Shown: positions 32,716-41,939, numbered from the stretch's first letter. The stretch: DNA of 64,000 bases from Pelagibacteraceae bacterium AG-325-J17 (GCA_003282825.1 QBYM01000005.1:15223-79222), one strand, 5' to 3'. Numbers and translations are program-made. Notes: a model not told the origin generated them from the letters alone.

Positions 32716-33399
32716 ATGAAAAAAATTCTTGCAATTTGTGCTCATCCAGATGATGAAGTTTTAGGTTGTGGTGGAACACTTTTGAAACACAAAAAAAGTA
32801 AAGACCAAATAAATATTATATTTATTTTTGAGGGAAGTTCAGCAAGATTTAATAATAGAGGAAGTTTAGTAGTAAAGAAAAATATAAAAAAAAGAGAAAA
32901 AAGTGCAATTCAAGTTGCTAAAAAATTAAAAGCAAAGTCAATTCATTTTTTAAATTATGGAAATTTAATTACTGACTCAGATTTAAAGCTTAAAATGACT
33001 AAGGAAATAACTGATTTAATAAAAAAAATTAATCCAAATATAATTTATACTCATTCATCAAAAGATTTAAATGTAGACCACAGATCTTGCCTAGAGTCAG
33101 TTTTGGTAGCAACTAGACCAAATAATCATTTATCTTTAGAGAAACTTTTATGTTTTGAGACACCTTCTTCAACGGAATGGTCTCACAATATTTTTGGAAA
33201 CTTCAATCCAACATATTTTGTTAATATTGATAAATTTATAAAAGAAAAATTGAATTTATTAAAATATTATAATTATGAACTAAAAAAATTTCCTTACCCT
33301 CGTTCTGCGGAAAATATTATTGCTCAATCAAAATTAGCTGGATCAACATGTGGATTTAATCATGCAGAGAGATTTGAAGTTATAAAAATTTTTGAATAA
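32716..33399 (+). CDS. PIG-L family deacetylase
   Basis: AHPDDE and DLNVDH motifs. Confidence 0.9.
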   Translation: MKKILAICAHPDDEVLGCGGTLLKHKKSKDQINIIFIFEGSSARFNNRGSLVVKKNIKKREKSAIQVAKKLKAKSIHFLNYGNLITDSDLKLKMTKEITDLIKKINPNIIYTHSSKDLNVDHRSCLESVLVATRPNNHLSLEKLLCFETPSSTEWSHNIFGNFNPTYFVNIDKFIKEKLNLLKYYNYELKKFPYPRSAENIIAQSKLAGSTCGFNHAERFEVIKIFE

Positions 33400-33418
33400 A
33401 ATTAATTAAACTTAGAGA

Positions 33419-33462
33419 TGGTGTTTCTGCGCAGATTTGAACAACAGTCCTATTAAATACAA
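33419..33462 (-). repeat. degenerate copy of the tRNA-Thr 3' half (most distal att scar)
   Basis: 31/44 ungapped matches by manual count to 46437-46480; same 129-bp offset to the -10 box as the intact copies. Confidence 0.7.
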
Positions 33463-33561
33463 CATAATTACTAAAGTTTAAATAAACATTAGCTAGTAAC
33501 ATTAATTGCAAAATATTTTTGACTTGGCAACAATCTTGCAACAGTGCTAAGATATTATTCA

Positions 33562-33954
33562 ATGAAAAATATTATATTAGGAATGTTAATTAGCTTATTT
33601 TTATTCTCGAATTCGAACGCAGAAATTATAATCCTTAAATGTCACAAAAATGTTTATAAATATGTAAGTAACAATAACGAAATAAAAACTTTTCAAGCAG
33701 TTTCTTCGGCTGGTGATGTGTGGATGGAATGGCCTAAAACTAAAGTGCAAGATGACAACAAGCATTTTTTAAAATTCACTGATGCTGAAGCTATTATTGA
33801 TGGTTATGTCGTTACAGAAAAGTTTAAAAAGCTTATAACAAAAAGTGGCATAGCAAAAAACGGGAGAACAATTGTCGATTTTAAAAATAAATCTTATGAC
33901 ACAAAAGGTATCTGAAAAGGAAAATCTTAGAAAAAAAAGCAAAATGTTTGTTAA
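33562..33954 (+). pseudogene. exported hypothetical protein, C-terminally disrupted paralogue of the next gene
   Basis: shares EWPKTKVQDDNK..FTDAEAIIDGY with the 33985 gene; similarity continues past TGA (33913) and TAG (33928) stops and a short A run. Confidence 0.65.
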
Positions 33955-33984
33955 TATATTCAGAGTAATGATATGATATTTTGG

Positions 33985-34389
33985 ATGAAAAAAATCCTGT
34001 TAAGTTTTGTACTATTTTTATTTTTAACAATAAATTCTTTTGCAGAGATCATTATTCTTAAATGTAGAGGAAACTTTTATAAATATGTGGCAGATGGAAG
34101 TTCACTTAAAACTTATGCAAAAAGTGGTAAAAAAAATGATGTGTGGTTTGAATGGCCAAAAACCAAAGTTCAAGATGATAACAAGGATTTTCTAATATTT
34201 ACTGATGCTGAAGCAATCATTGATGGTTATATTGTAACTGAAAAGTTTAAACAAATGAAGTGGAAAGGTGGGATTGCAACCAATGGAAGAACGATAGTTG
34301 ATTTCAAAAATAAAACCTATGACTCTAAAAGTACTTCCAATGGAAACCCTTGGAGTAAAAAAGTTAAATGTAAATTGCAAAAATCGTAA
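33985..34389 (+). CDS. exported hypothetical protein
   Basis: signal peptide ending SFA-E; paired Cys near both ends. Confidence 0.75.
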   Translation: MKKILLSFVLFLFLTINSFAEIIILKCRGNFYKYVADGSSLKTYAKSGKKNDVWFEWPKTKVQDDNKDFLIFTDAEAIIDGYIVTEKFKQMKWKGGIATNGRTIVDFKNKTYDSKSTSNGNPWSKKVKCKLQKS

Positions 34390-34433
34390 TTAAATCTCTT
34401 TACATTCTTACCACTCACAGTAATAAAATTTAT

Positions 34434-34946
34434 ATGAAACAAAAAGCCTTCACCCTAATAGAACTCCTAGTCGTAGTAGCAATCATCGGTATATTAGCTG
34501 CAGTAGGGGTGGTTGCTTATAATGGGTATACTGCAAGTGCAAAAAAATCAGCAACAAAAGCAAATCATAAAATGATTACTAAAATGATAGGTTCTAAGGG
34601 AATTCAATGTAGTATAGGAGGAGATATCGAATATACTGATTTTAATGGTGCAGTTAAAACTATGAATTGTCCAGTTTCGATAGAAAATTTTATTGGATAC
34701 ATGAATCAAACTATTTATGGATTAAAATTTTCTAGTCCATATGGTACTCCAAATGCGTCTTGGTGTAGATTGAATGTTACTAATTGTTCCCCACCAGGAT
34801 ATATGTCAGCATGTCCAAGCCATCCTGATCAACTTGGTTATTTGAGTGTTTTTAAAATTAGTTCAAATAAAATTAAAGTGTGCAGTAATTTAGAATACAA
34901 AAGTGGTGCTACAGTTTATTTAGAAGATACAATTGGATATGAATAA
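34434..34946 (+). CDS. type IV pilin-like protein 1
   Basis: KA/FTLIELLVVVAIIGILAAV prepilin motif. Confidence 0.93.
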   Translation: MKQKAFTLIELLVVVAIIGILAAVGVVAYNGYTASAKKSATKANHKMITKMIGSKGIQCSIGGDIEYTDFNGAVKTMNCPVSIENFIGYMNQTIYGLKFSSPYGTPNASWCRLNVTNCSPPGYMSACPSHPDQLGYLSVFKISSNKIKVCSNLEYKSGATVYLEDTIGYE

Positions 34947-35439
34947 AGCCTTCACCCTAATAGAGCTCCTAGTCGTAGTAGCTATCATCGGTATATTAGC
35001 TGCAGTAGGGGTTGTTGCTTATAATGGTTATACGGCTAGTGCTAAGAAAAAAACAATGGAAAGCAATTCTAAATTGATCCAAAAATATGCAATGAGTGAA
35101 ATTGGAAAATGTCAGTTAGGAATAAACTTAATTGAGGGCCCAACTCCAAGTAAACATATTACCTCTTGTTCATCAGGTGGAGCTGGAAATTTAAGCAGTA
35201 ATATTTGGGCACAGTATTTTATTGATGTTTTTCAAAGTAAGATAAAAAATCCTTATGGCACAACTTCAAGTAACCCTAGTGGTTTATTAAATAGTGGCCC
35301 CACTAGAAATGCAGGAGAGATAGTTTTAGTTGGATGGAACAGGTGTCAGACTGATCCATGTTTTTTGATAAGAGCAGCTTATGATGAGGATGGTTCAAAA
35401 AAAGATTTACCTGACCTTCAAGTACCTACTGGCTTTTAA
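34939..35439 (+). CDS. type IV pilin-like protein 2
   Basis: prepilin motif; ATG at 34939. Confidence 0.93.
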   Translation: MNKAFTLIELLVVVAIIGILAAVGVVAYNGYTASAKKKTMESNSKLIQKYAMSEIGKCQLGINLIEGPTPSKHITSCSSGGAGNLSSNIWAQYFIDVFQSKIKNPYGTTSSNPSGLLNSGPTRNAGEIVLVGWNRCQTDPCFLIRAAYDEDGSKKDLPDLQVPTGF

Positions 35440-35440
35440 A

Positions 35441-35914
35441 ATGAACCTTAAAGCTTTCACCCTAATCGAACTTCTAGTAGTAGTAGCCATCATAGGTATC
35501 CTCGCTGCAGTAGGAGTAGTTGCTTATAATGGATATACAAAAGCTGCCAAAGTAAGAGCCACTAAAGCAAATCATACAATTCTTTTAAAATCAATTGCAG
35601 CAAAATTTCAACAATGCTCAATTTCTGATTCAATTGAATATAATATTAATGGTACAAAGCAAACTGTAAGTTGTTCAGTTTCTGCTTACACTCATTTAAT
35701 TAATGCTGCAAACGAAATAGGAGCAAAAAATCCTTGGAGTGATGGAAATCAATATCAAGCAAATAACGATAATTTTAAACCCTCAAAAGGACAAACAAAT
35801 TTATCATGCAGCGCTCAGTTTACTGGTAGTAATAAAACTTGTATGCTAACAACAAATTCTGGCGATCAAGATGGAACGAATTATGATTTACAAGATAAGA
35901 TTACAATGGAATAA
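35441..35914 (+). CDS. type IV pilin-like protein 3
   Basis: prepilin motif; proximal ATG at 35441. Confidence 0.93.
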   Translation: MNLKAFTLIELLVVVAIIGILAAVGVVAYNGYTKAAKVRATKANHTILLKSIAAKFQQCSISDSIEYNINGTKQTVSCSVSAYTHLINAANEIGAKNPWSDGNQYQANNDNFKPSKGQTNLSCSAQFTGSNKTCMLTTNSGDQDGTNYDLQDKITME

Positions 35915-36410
35915 ATTCAACAAAAAAGGCTTCACCCTAATAGAACTCCTAGTCGTAGTCGCCATCATCGGTATTCTTGCTGCTGTAGGAGTAGTTGCTT
36001 ATAATGGGTATACCAAAAGTGCAAAAGAAAGTGCTGTTAGAAATAATTTTAAATCAGTTGTTAAATATATAAATAATGAACTTATGAAGTGTGAATTAGG
36101 TGAACTTAAAATTATGGGTGGAGTATTAAATTGTCCTCAAGGTAATACTTTTGGACCTGGAATTATCAATTTCATACCAAGAGTTTTCAGAACAGGTGAT
36201 AACATATTTAGAAATCCCTATGACAATGGTCTTCAAGTTAGCACATCTAATATTTACAATAGAGAAGAGGATGTAGGATATATAAATCTTAACTTAGTCT
36301 ACGTTGGGTCAGATCAATTTATAAGAGTAAAATCATGTGTAAAGCTTCCATGTAGTGATACTTCTAATCATATTGAGGAATTAATCATTTCCGATATGAT
36401 TAGCAAATGA
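35871..36410 (+). CDS. type IV pilin-like protein 4 (start uncertain)
   Basis: KG/FTLIE motif; in-frame ATGs lie only inside the upstream gene. Confidence 0.85.
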   Translation: MERIMIYKIRLQWNKFNKKGFTLIELLVVVAIIGILAAVGVVAYNGYTKSAKESAVRNNFKSVVKYINNELMKCELGELKIMGGVLNCPQGNTFGPGIINFIPRVFRTGDNIFRNPYDNGLQVSTSNIYNREEDVGYINLNLVYVGSDQFIRVKSCVKLPCSDTSNHIEELIISDMISK

Positions 36411-36931
36411 GATCAAAAGCTTTCACCCTAATAGAACTCCTAGTCGTAGTAGCCATCATCGGTATCTTAGCTGCTGTAGGAGTTGTTGCTTATAATGGGT
36501 ATACAAGTTCAGCCAAAGTTAATGCTGTTAAAAGCAATTTTAAAATAGTTCAAAAAAAATTAGGCGAAGCAGTTACTGCTTGCCAATCAGGTTTAGATTT
36601 TTATTGGGCAGATGGAAGTAATTGTCAAAACAAACCTATTAATGCTGATACTATGGCATGGGGAGTCTATGGGGATTTTAGTAAAACTATCAAATCTAAT
36701 CCATATGACGAAAATACAAAAGCCATAGAATGGAGTCAAATAAGTGATGGATTTGCAAATTGCCCTCCCAAAAAACCACCTAAAGGTCAAATAAAATTGA
36801 GTTACGCCAATAGTAAAAATAATTTTTGTAATATGGGAGGTGGCAACATGTCTTGCGTTTATGTAAATGTAGGAAAACCAGAGGGAACGGACGAATATAT
36901 TTATGAAGAATTTAACCTATGTGGCTTTTAA
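36407..36931 (+). CDS. type IV pilin-like protein 5
   Basis: prepilin motif. Confidence 0.93.
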   Translation: MRSKAFTLIELLVVVAIIGILAAVGVVAYNGYTSSAKVNAVKSNFKIVQKKLGEAVTACQSGLDFYWADGSNCQNKPINADTMAWGVYGDFSKTIKSNPYDENTKAIEWSQISDGFANCPPKKPPKGQIKLSYANSKNNFCNMGGGNMSCVYVNVGKPEGTDEYIYEEFNLCGF

Positions 36932-37442
36932 TAAAAGAGCTTTTACATTAATAGAACTCTTAGTCGTTGTTGCAATCATCGGTATTCTCGCTGCAGTAGG
37001 TGTGGTTGCTTATAATGGGTATACTCTTAGTGCGAAAAGATCAGCCACTTTACAAAATTATAAAATGGCATCAAAGTTTATCAGTCATACATTTGCACTT
37101 TGTGGAGCTCAAGGTGGAAGTATAACTATTAGTTCGGGTAATACTATTGATTGTGATGCAATTAACAACATTATTAACGTAACTAAAATAGGGGATACAT
37201 TTAAAAATCATTTTATAAAAATAGGTGTTAAAAATCCTTATGACGATAATGCTCCCTCAATTATAAGAACTGGAAGTGGTGGAGACAATGTCAACGGGAG
37301 ATTAAGACTCGATGAAACAGATTGTAAAAGTTCAGGTGGAAAAGGCGGTTACAAGAAATTAGTCCTTTGGGTTAAAACACATAAAGATCATGAAAATAAA
37401 AATTTTTTAATGGATAATTGGCAACAATGGTGTGATAAATAA
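36903..37442 (+). CDS. type IV pilin-like protein 6 (start uncertain)
   Basis: RA/FTLIE motif; candidate starts overlap the upstream gene. Confidence 0.85.
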   Translation: MKNLTYVAFNKRAFTLIELLVVVAIIGILAAVGVVAYNGYTLSAKRSATLQNYKMASKFISHTFALCGAQGGSITISSGNTIDCDAINNIINVTKIGDTFKNHFIKIGVKNPYDDNAPSIIRTGSGGDNVNGRLRLDETDCKSSGGKGGYKKLVLWVKTHKDHENKNFLMDNWQQWCDK

Positions 37443-37930
37443 TGAATAAAAAAGCCTTCACCTTAATAGAACTCTTAGTTGTAGTAGCAATCATCGGTAT
37501 TCTAGCTGCAGTTGGAGTTGTTGCTTATAATGGGTATACGGCAAGCGCTAAAGCTAATGCATCTAAAACTAATTATAAAAATTTAACTAAATGGATACAA
37601 ACAGAGTTGGTAAAATGTAATGCTGGGTTAGCTGACAAAATGTTTACTTCTAATCCACAATCATGCCCAATGACCCATGCTAATAACTTTGCTAGTGGTA
37701 TGAATAATGCTTGTAGGGGACAGAACGGTGTGTTTGCAGATATGAAAAATCCTTATAACTCTAGTGAGAAAATGTGTAGATTAAGTATTAGTTACACAAA
37801 TGACAATGATGTAGGATATGTAAACTGGAGCACTAAAAGCGCTAGTGAAATAAGATTGAGTGGATGTTGGAAAACACCATGCAGTTCATCTGACAATAGA
37901 GAAGAAATAATTATTGACGTTACACAATAA
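37442..37930 (+). CDS. type IV pilin-like protein 7
   Basis: prepilin motif; C-terminal CWKTPC. Confidence 0.93.
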   Translation: MNKKAFTLIELLVVVAIIGILAAVGVVAYNGYTASAKANASKTNYKNLTKWIQTELVKCNAGLADKMFTSNPQSCPMTHANNFASGMNNACRGQNGVFADMKNPYNSSEKMCRLSISYTNDNDVGYVNWSTKSASEIRLSGCWKTPCSSSDNREEIIIDVTQ

Positions 37931-38426
37931 AAAAGCCTTCACCCTAATAGAGCTCTTAGTCGTGGTAGCCATCATCGGTATTCTTGCTGCAGTAGGTGTA
38001 GTTGCTTATAATGGGTATACGGCGAGTGCTAAAAAAAATGCTGTTAAAGCTCAACAAGCAAATATTATTAAATACATTATGTCAGAAACAAAAAAATGTG
38101 ATCTAGGTGACACCTCTGCAATGGACGGTAATTTAATTTGTAGTAACTTAAATACATCAACACCTGTTCCAGTAATAATAAATGCAGCTGAAAAAGCTTT
38201 AAAAAATAAACTTAAAAATCCAGTCAATCCATCTTTGCCCGCAGTTTGTTCATCGCGTAACGGCACATGTCAACCATATAACTATCAAAGTACAGGGTCT
38301 GGAGGAGTTGTTAATTTGAGAGATCATGGACCAACAACAATGGAAGTTGGAACGTGCTTTTTAGAACCATGCAAAGGTAAAGATGTAGGATATATAGAAA
38401 GTGGCTATATAGCAATTACCAACTAA
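37914..38426 (+). CDS. type IV pilin-like protein 8 (TTG start, uncertain)
   Basis: prepilin motif; CFLEPC. Confidence 0.85.
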   Translation: MTLHNKKAFTLIELLVVVAIIGILAAVGVVAYNGYTASAKKNAVKAQQANIIKYIMSETKKCDLGDTSAMDGNLICSNLNTSTPVPVIINAAEKALKNKLKNPVNPSLPAVCSSRNGTCQPYNYQSTGSGGVVNLRDHGPTTMEVGTCFLEPCKGKDVGYIESGYIAITN

Positions 38427-38430
38427 TAAA

Positions 38431-38907
38431 ATGAAAAACAGAGCATTCACACTAATAGAACTTTTAGTTGTAGTAGCAATCATCGGTATTCTTGCTGCTG
38501 TAGGAGTGGTTGCTTATAATGGTTATACAGCTAGTGCAAAAGCAAATGCTTCAATTTCAAATTTAAAAAATATTGTAAAATACATCTCAAACGAAACTAT
38601 GAAATGTCAATTACAGGAAAGTCAAACTATGAATAATAATTTAGACTGTTCTAAAATGGGTGATACAAATTGGCCTGATCTCGTATCTGATGCAGCAATT
38701 AAATCTTTGAAAGATTTCAAAAACCCTTATAACACAAACGCATCGAATCCAATTACAAGAGGAGGTCAGTATTGGTATGATAAAGATGTTGGATATATAA
38801 GAATAATACCTGAAGATCGTCAATTGCAAATTTGGGTATGCGCAAGAACTCCTTGTGGAAGTAAACCTCATCCAAATGTGTATGATTTTTTTGTAACAAT
38901 AGAATAA
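38431..38907 (+). CDS. type IV pilin-like protein 9
   Basis: prepilin motif; CARTPC. Confidence 0.93.
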   Translation: MKNRAFTLIELLVVVAIIGILAAVGVVAYNGYTASAKANASISNLKNIVKYISNETMKCQLQESQTMNNNLDCSKMGDTNWPDLVSDAAIKSLKDFKNPYNTNASNPITRGGQYWYDKDVGYIRIIPEDRQLQIWVCARTPCGSKPHPNVYDFFVTIE

Positions 38908-38999
38908 GATTCGTCTACAAATCTGTCCACACTCTGACCACACTTATTGTAGTAACTTTTATTTTTGCATAAATATTTTTGATCAAAAAGTAAGTGAAG

Positions 39000-39046
39000 T
39001 GGTGCCCCCGCACGGATTCGAACCGCGGACCTATTGATTACAAATC
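39000..39046 (-). repeat. tRNA-Thr 3'-half copy (att-like)
   Basis: 47 bp identical to 46437-46483. Confidence 0.97.
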
Positions 39047-39140
39047 TTGTATCACTGATTAAATAAATATTGATTAGTAATATTTATAAACAATCATCAG
39101 TAATCTCGACACACGTACGACACAGTGCTAAAGTTTGTAT

Positions 39141-39584
39141 ATGCTGGGTGAAATTTTTAGAAGTTTTAAAAAGTCTTCGACAATAAAAAAATTAACTAAA
39201 GAGTATATAGATTATCAAAACAAATCATACTCAAGTGCTTTAGGTATGATTGATTCTATGACATCTGATAAAAAAAATAAGATATTGGATAAAATTGTTG
39301 AATTATCTTTGAATGAACCAAACAACCAACAACCAATTAATAAATTTAATATAACCAAAACAAAGTTAATAAAAACAATAGAAGAATTAGAAGATTTAGG
39401 ATGTATTATATTTGCTAAAGGGCATTATGTTCCTATTAGTGCAATACTTTACCCACAAACGTTAGAATATATATTCTACAAAGAAAGAAGAAATAAGGAA
39501 GATAAAGAAAAAATGGCAAAAGATTTGATAAGTTATTTTGAAGATAATAAAATGGGAAATATTGTTGAAATAGATTATGAATAA
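39141..39584 (+). CDS. hypothetical protein
   Basis: ORF starting 6 nt after the cassette -10 box; no family recognised. Confidence 0.65.
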   Translation: MLGEIFRSFKKSSTIKKLTKEYIDYQNKSYSSALGMIDSMTSDKKNKILDKIVELSLNEPNNQQPINKFNITKTKLIKTIEELEDLGCIIFAKGHYVPISAILYPQTLEYIFYKERRNKEDKEKMAKDLISYFEDNKMGNIVEIDYE

Positions 39585-40005
39585 AATTTTAGGGATAATG
39601 GTTCTCTGTTTGCTATTGGTGTCTTGTAGATATGATGGAGAAAACTACGGATTTGGAAAACGATTAACAGTCATAGAACAAAACAACGATCTTATCACTA
39701 TTCAATGGTTTCCCAACATTGCCTCTAAAAAATTAATCTTTAATAAAGCTAAAAAACATTGTTTACAATATGAAAAATATCCCATCGCTGGTGAACTTGT
39801 TAAAGGTGCATATGATTTGCAAACTCAAACTTATAAATGTGAAAAACCATCTGTAAATGGTAATAAGAACTTTGTAGTTTTATATCTATATGGTGATGAA
39901 ATAGAAGCGCTTCCAGAAGCAGAAAAGCATTGTTTAAAATTTGAGAGATCTGCAAAATATAAATCAAAAGAAGATTACAAAGTAGTTTTTGATTGTGTAG
40001 ATTAG
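39577..40005 (+). CDS. putative lipoprotein with two internal Cys-containing repeats
   Basis: LVSC lipobox; AKKHC..YKC and AEKHC..FDC repeats. Confidence 0.75.
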   Translation: MNKILGIMVLCLLLVSCRYDGENYGFGKRLTVIEQNNDLITIQWFPNIASKKLIFNKAKKHCLQYEKYPIAGELVKGAYDLQTQTYKCEKPSVNGNKNFVVLYLYGDEIEALPEAEKHCLKFERSAKYKSKEDYKVVFDCVD

Positions 40006-40121
40006 TTAATAACGAATACTTGATCACGACACAACCTCGACACACTCACGACACACTCAAACCTAAAATTGTTTAGAAATTAAATTTTGTAGCAATAATA
40101 ATTATTGATTTAGTTGAATGA

Positions 40122-40170
40122 TGGTGCCCCCGCACGGATTCGAACCGCGGACCTATTGATTACAAATCAA
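40122..40170 (-). repeat. tRNA-Thr 3'-half copy (att-like)
   Basis: 49 bp identical to the tRNA 3' end. Confidence 0.97.
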
Positions 40171-40227
40171 GACACAATTTTTAAATAACTATTAATATGC
40201 AACAATAATCTTGAAATGATTTTAACT

Positions 40228-40256
40228 TTGCAACGCTATGGTAACAATGGTAGAGT
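40228..40256 (+). promoter_or_regulatory. sigma70-type promoter in the left repeats of cassette T-C
   Basis: TTGCAA-17 bp-TAGAGT with extended TG; ATG 6 nt downstream. Confidence 0.65.
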
Positions 40257-40262
40257 TTTTTT

Positions 40263-40760
40263 ATGAAGCGTAACGGTTTCACACTAATAGAACTACTAGT
40301 CGTAGTAGCGATCATCGGTATTCTAGCTGCTGTAGGGGTGGTTGCTTATAATGGATATACATATGCCTCAAAAGTTAAAGTATTTGAATATCAAAAAAGT
40401 CAATTAATAAAATTAGTTAATGCTGAACTAGCCAGATGCGCGCTTGGGGAAACAAATAGTAAAGGATGGGTAACAGTAATGGACGGTTATTATTATTGCA
40501 ATTGGTATAATCTAAATAATAGAAATGGATTATTAATGAATGCTGTAGTTGATTTTGCACGACATAAAGATTTTAAAAACCCATTCCAACCAGATAAATA
40601 TTTTGTTGAACATTCTGCAAGTGCTCCTCTCAACGATGTTTACCTAGGAAAACTAATTTTCCATAATAGAAATGTACTTGAATATTGTATCAAAACACCT
40701 TGCAATGATGGAAATAATAGAAAAACTGAGACTCAAAATTTTTTTAAAGATGGCTATTAA
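40263..40760 (+). CDS. type IV pilin-like protein 10
   Basis: NG/FTLIE motif; CIKTPC. Confidence 0.93.
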   Translation: MKRNGFTLIELLVVVAIIGILAAVGVVAYNGYTYASKVKVFEYQKSQLIKLVNAELARCALGETNSKGWVTVMDGYYYCNWYNLNNRNGLLMNAVVDFARHKDFKNPFQPDKYFVEHSASAPLNDVYLGKLIFHNRNVLEYCIKTPCNDGNNRKTETQNFFKDGY

Positions 40761-40763
40761 GAT

Positions 40764-41276
40764 ATGGAACAAAAAGGTTTCACCCTTATAGAACTCTTAG
40801 TCGTTGTAGCCATCATCGGTATCCTCGCTGCTGTAGGTGTGGTTGCTTATAATGGGTATACTTCTAGTGCAAAAAAAGGTGCAGCTAAATCACAACATAA
40901 AACTATTGTAAAATTTATTCAGTCAGAAATTATGAAATATTCTCTAGGAGACCAAATAATTCTAAAAAAAATATCATCAGGTAATGTAGTAGATCAATCT
41001 GACTTATGTCCTAAAGTAAACAGCATAACATCTGGAAATAATAGTTATGATGTTGTTTCTGCTTTTGATTATCATTTTAAAGCTATAGGATACAAAAATG
41101 TTTATAATCAACAATGGTTTGCAACAGGCGTTTGTTCGGTAAGTGGTAAAACAGTTTATAATAATCATGGTGATGGTGGAGGGACTTGCATTACTAGACA
41201 GCAAAATGATGAGATAATTGTAGGCACTAATATAGCGCCCTATGACTCAATGATTACAAAATTTAAAGTAGAATGA
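40764..41276 (+). CDS. type IV pilin-like protein 11
   Basis: KG/FTLIE motif. Confidence 0.93.
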   Translation: MEQKGFTLIELLVVVAIIGILAAVGVVAYNGYTSSAKKGAAKSQHKTIVKFIQSEIMKYSLGDQIILKKISSGNVVDQSDLCPKVNSITSGNNSYDVVSAFDYHFKAIGYKNVYNQQWFATGVCSVSGKTVYNNHGDGGGTCITRQQNDEIIVGTNIAPYDSMITKFKVE

Positions 41277-41800
41277 ACCGCAAAGCTTTCACCCTAATAG
41301 AACTCCTAGTCGTTGTTGCTATCATCGGTATCTTAGCTGCAGTAGGGGTAGTTGCTTATAATGGGTATACCGCAAGTGCAAAAAAAAATGCCACTAAAGC
41401 AAATCACAAAATCATTATAAAATTTATGCAAGCAGAAACTAGAAAATGTGAATTAGATCCCACACTAGGTATATTAAATTTAAAGGGAACAAGTCTTCTA
41501 AATTGTTCTGATATATTTGGCTCATCCGTGAGTACATCAAAAATAAATTTTGCTATGAAAAACTTTTTTCAATCAACAATTAAAAATGTTTTCAATGATA
41601 GCAGGGAGTCTATTCATCCAGGGCCTTATCAAGGTAAATGCTATCCAAGTGGCAGCCAAAGAACCTACTTAAATGAACAAGGTGTACATCACTTAGCAGT
41701 CGGTTGGTATCCATCTGAGAATAGACTTACGCTTTTTTTAGACACTTGTGTTGAGGATAGCGGTACAGCAACGAGTGTAACATATAATATTCGCGACTAA
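41273..41800 (+). CDS. type IV pilin-like protein 12
   Basis: prepilin motif. Confidence 0.93.
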   Translation: MNRKAFTLIELLVVVAIIGILAAVGVVAYNGYTASAKKNATKANHKIIIKFMQAETRKCELDPTLGILNLKGTSLLNCSDIFGSSVSTSKINFAMKNFFQSTIKNVFNDSRESIHPGPYQGKCYPSGSQRTYLNEQGVHHLAVGWYPSENRLTLFLDTCVEDSGTATSVTYNIRD

Positions 41801-41822
41801 TTACAGTGTCAGTCTGCTCAGA

Positions 41823-41850
41823 GCACGGACCTATTGATTACAAATCAATT
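41823..41850 (-). repeat. truncated tRNA-Thr fragment (damaged att)
   Basis: CGGACCTATTGATTACAAATCAATT matches the tRNA; T-arm and acceptor portion missing. Confidence 0.9.
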
Positions 41851-41939
41851 CTAAAAGTTTAAATAAACATTTGTTTGCAACAATAATCTTGAAATGATTT
41901 CAACGTGGCAACACTATGGTAACAGTGGTAGAGTTTTAA

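Larger units (their letters stand above)
33466..39046. mobile_element. cassette T-A at tRNA-Thr, probably a composite of two
   Basis: left repeats GGCAACA/TGCAACA at 33526-33543; right repeats TCTACAA/TCCACAC/ACCACAC at 38912-38945; ends in a tRNA 3' half. Confidence 0.6.
39047..40168. mobile_element. integrase-less cassette T-B
   Basis: CGACACA repeats twice at left (39107-39124) and three times at right (40025-40058); tRNA fragments on both sides. Confidence 0.8.
40169..41846. mobile_element. cassette T-C (three pilins; right end deleted)
   Basis: left repeats TGCAACG/GGTAACA; no right repeats; truncated att at 41823-41850. Confidence 0.7.

Noticed and set aside
33913-33930. Stop-codon reassignment (TGA or TAG read as Trp)
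   Set aside because: TGA and TAG end normal genes elsewhere in the window, and a frameshift accompanies these stops, so decay is the simpler reading.
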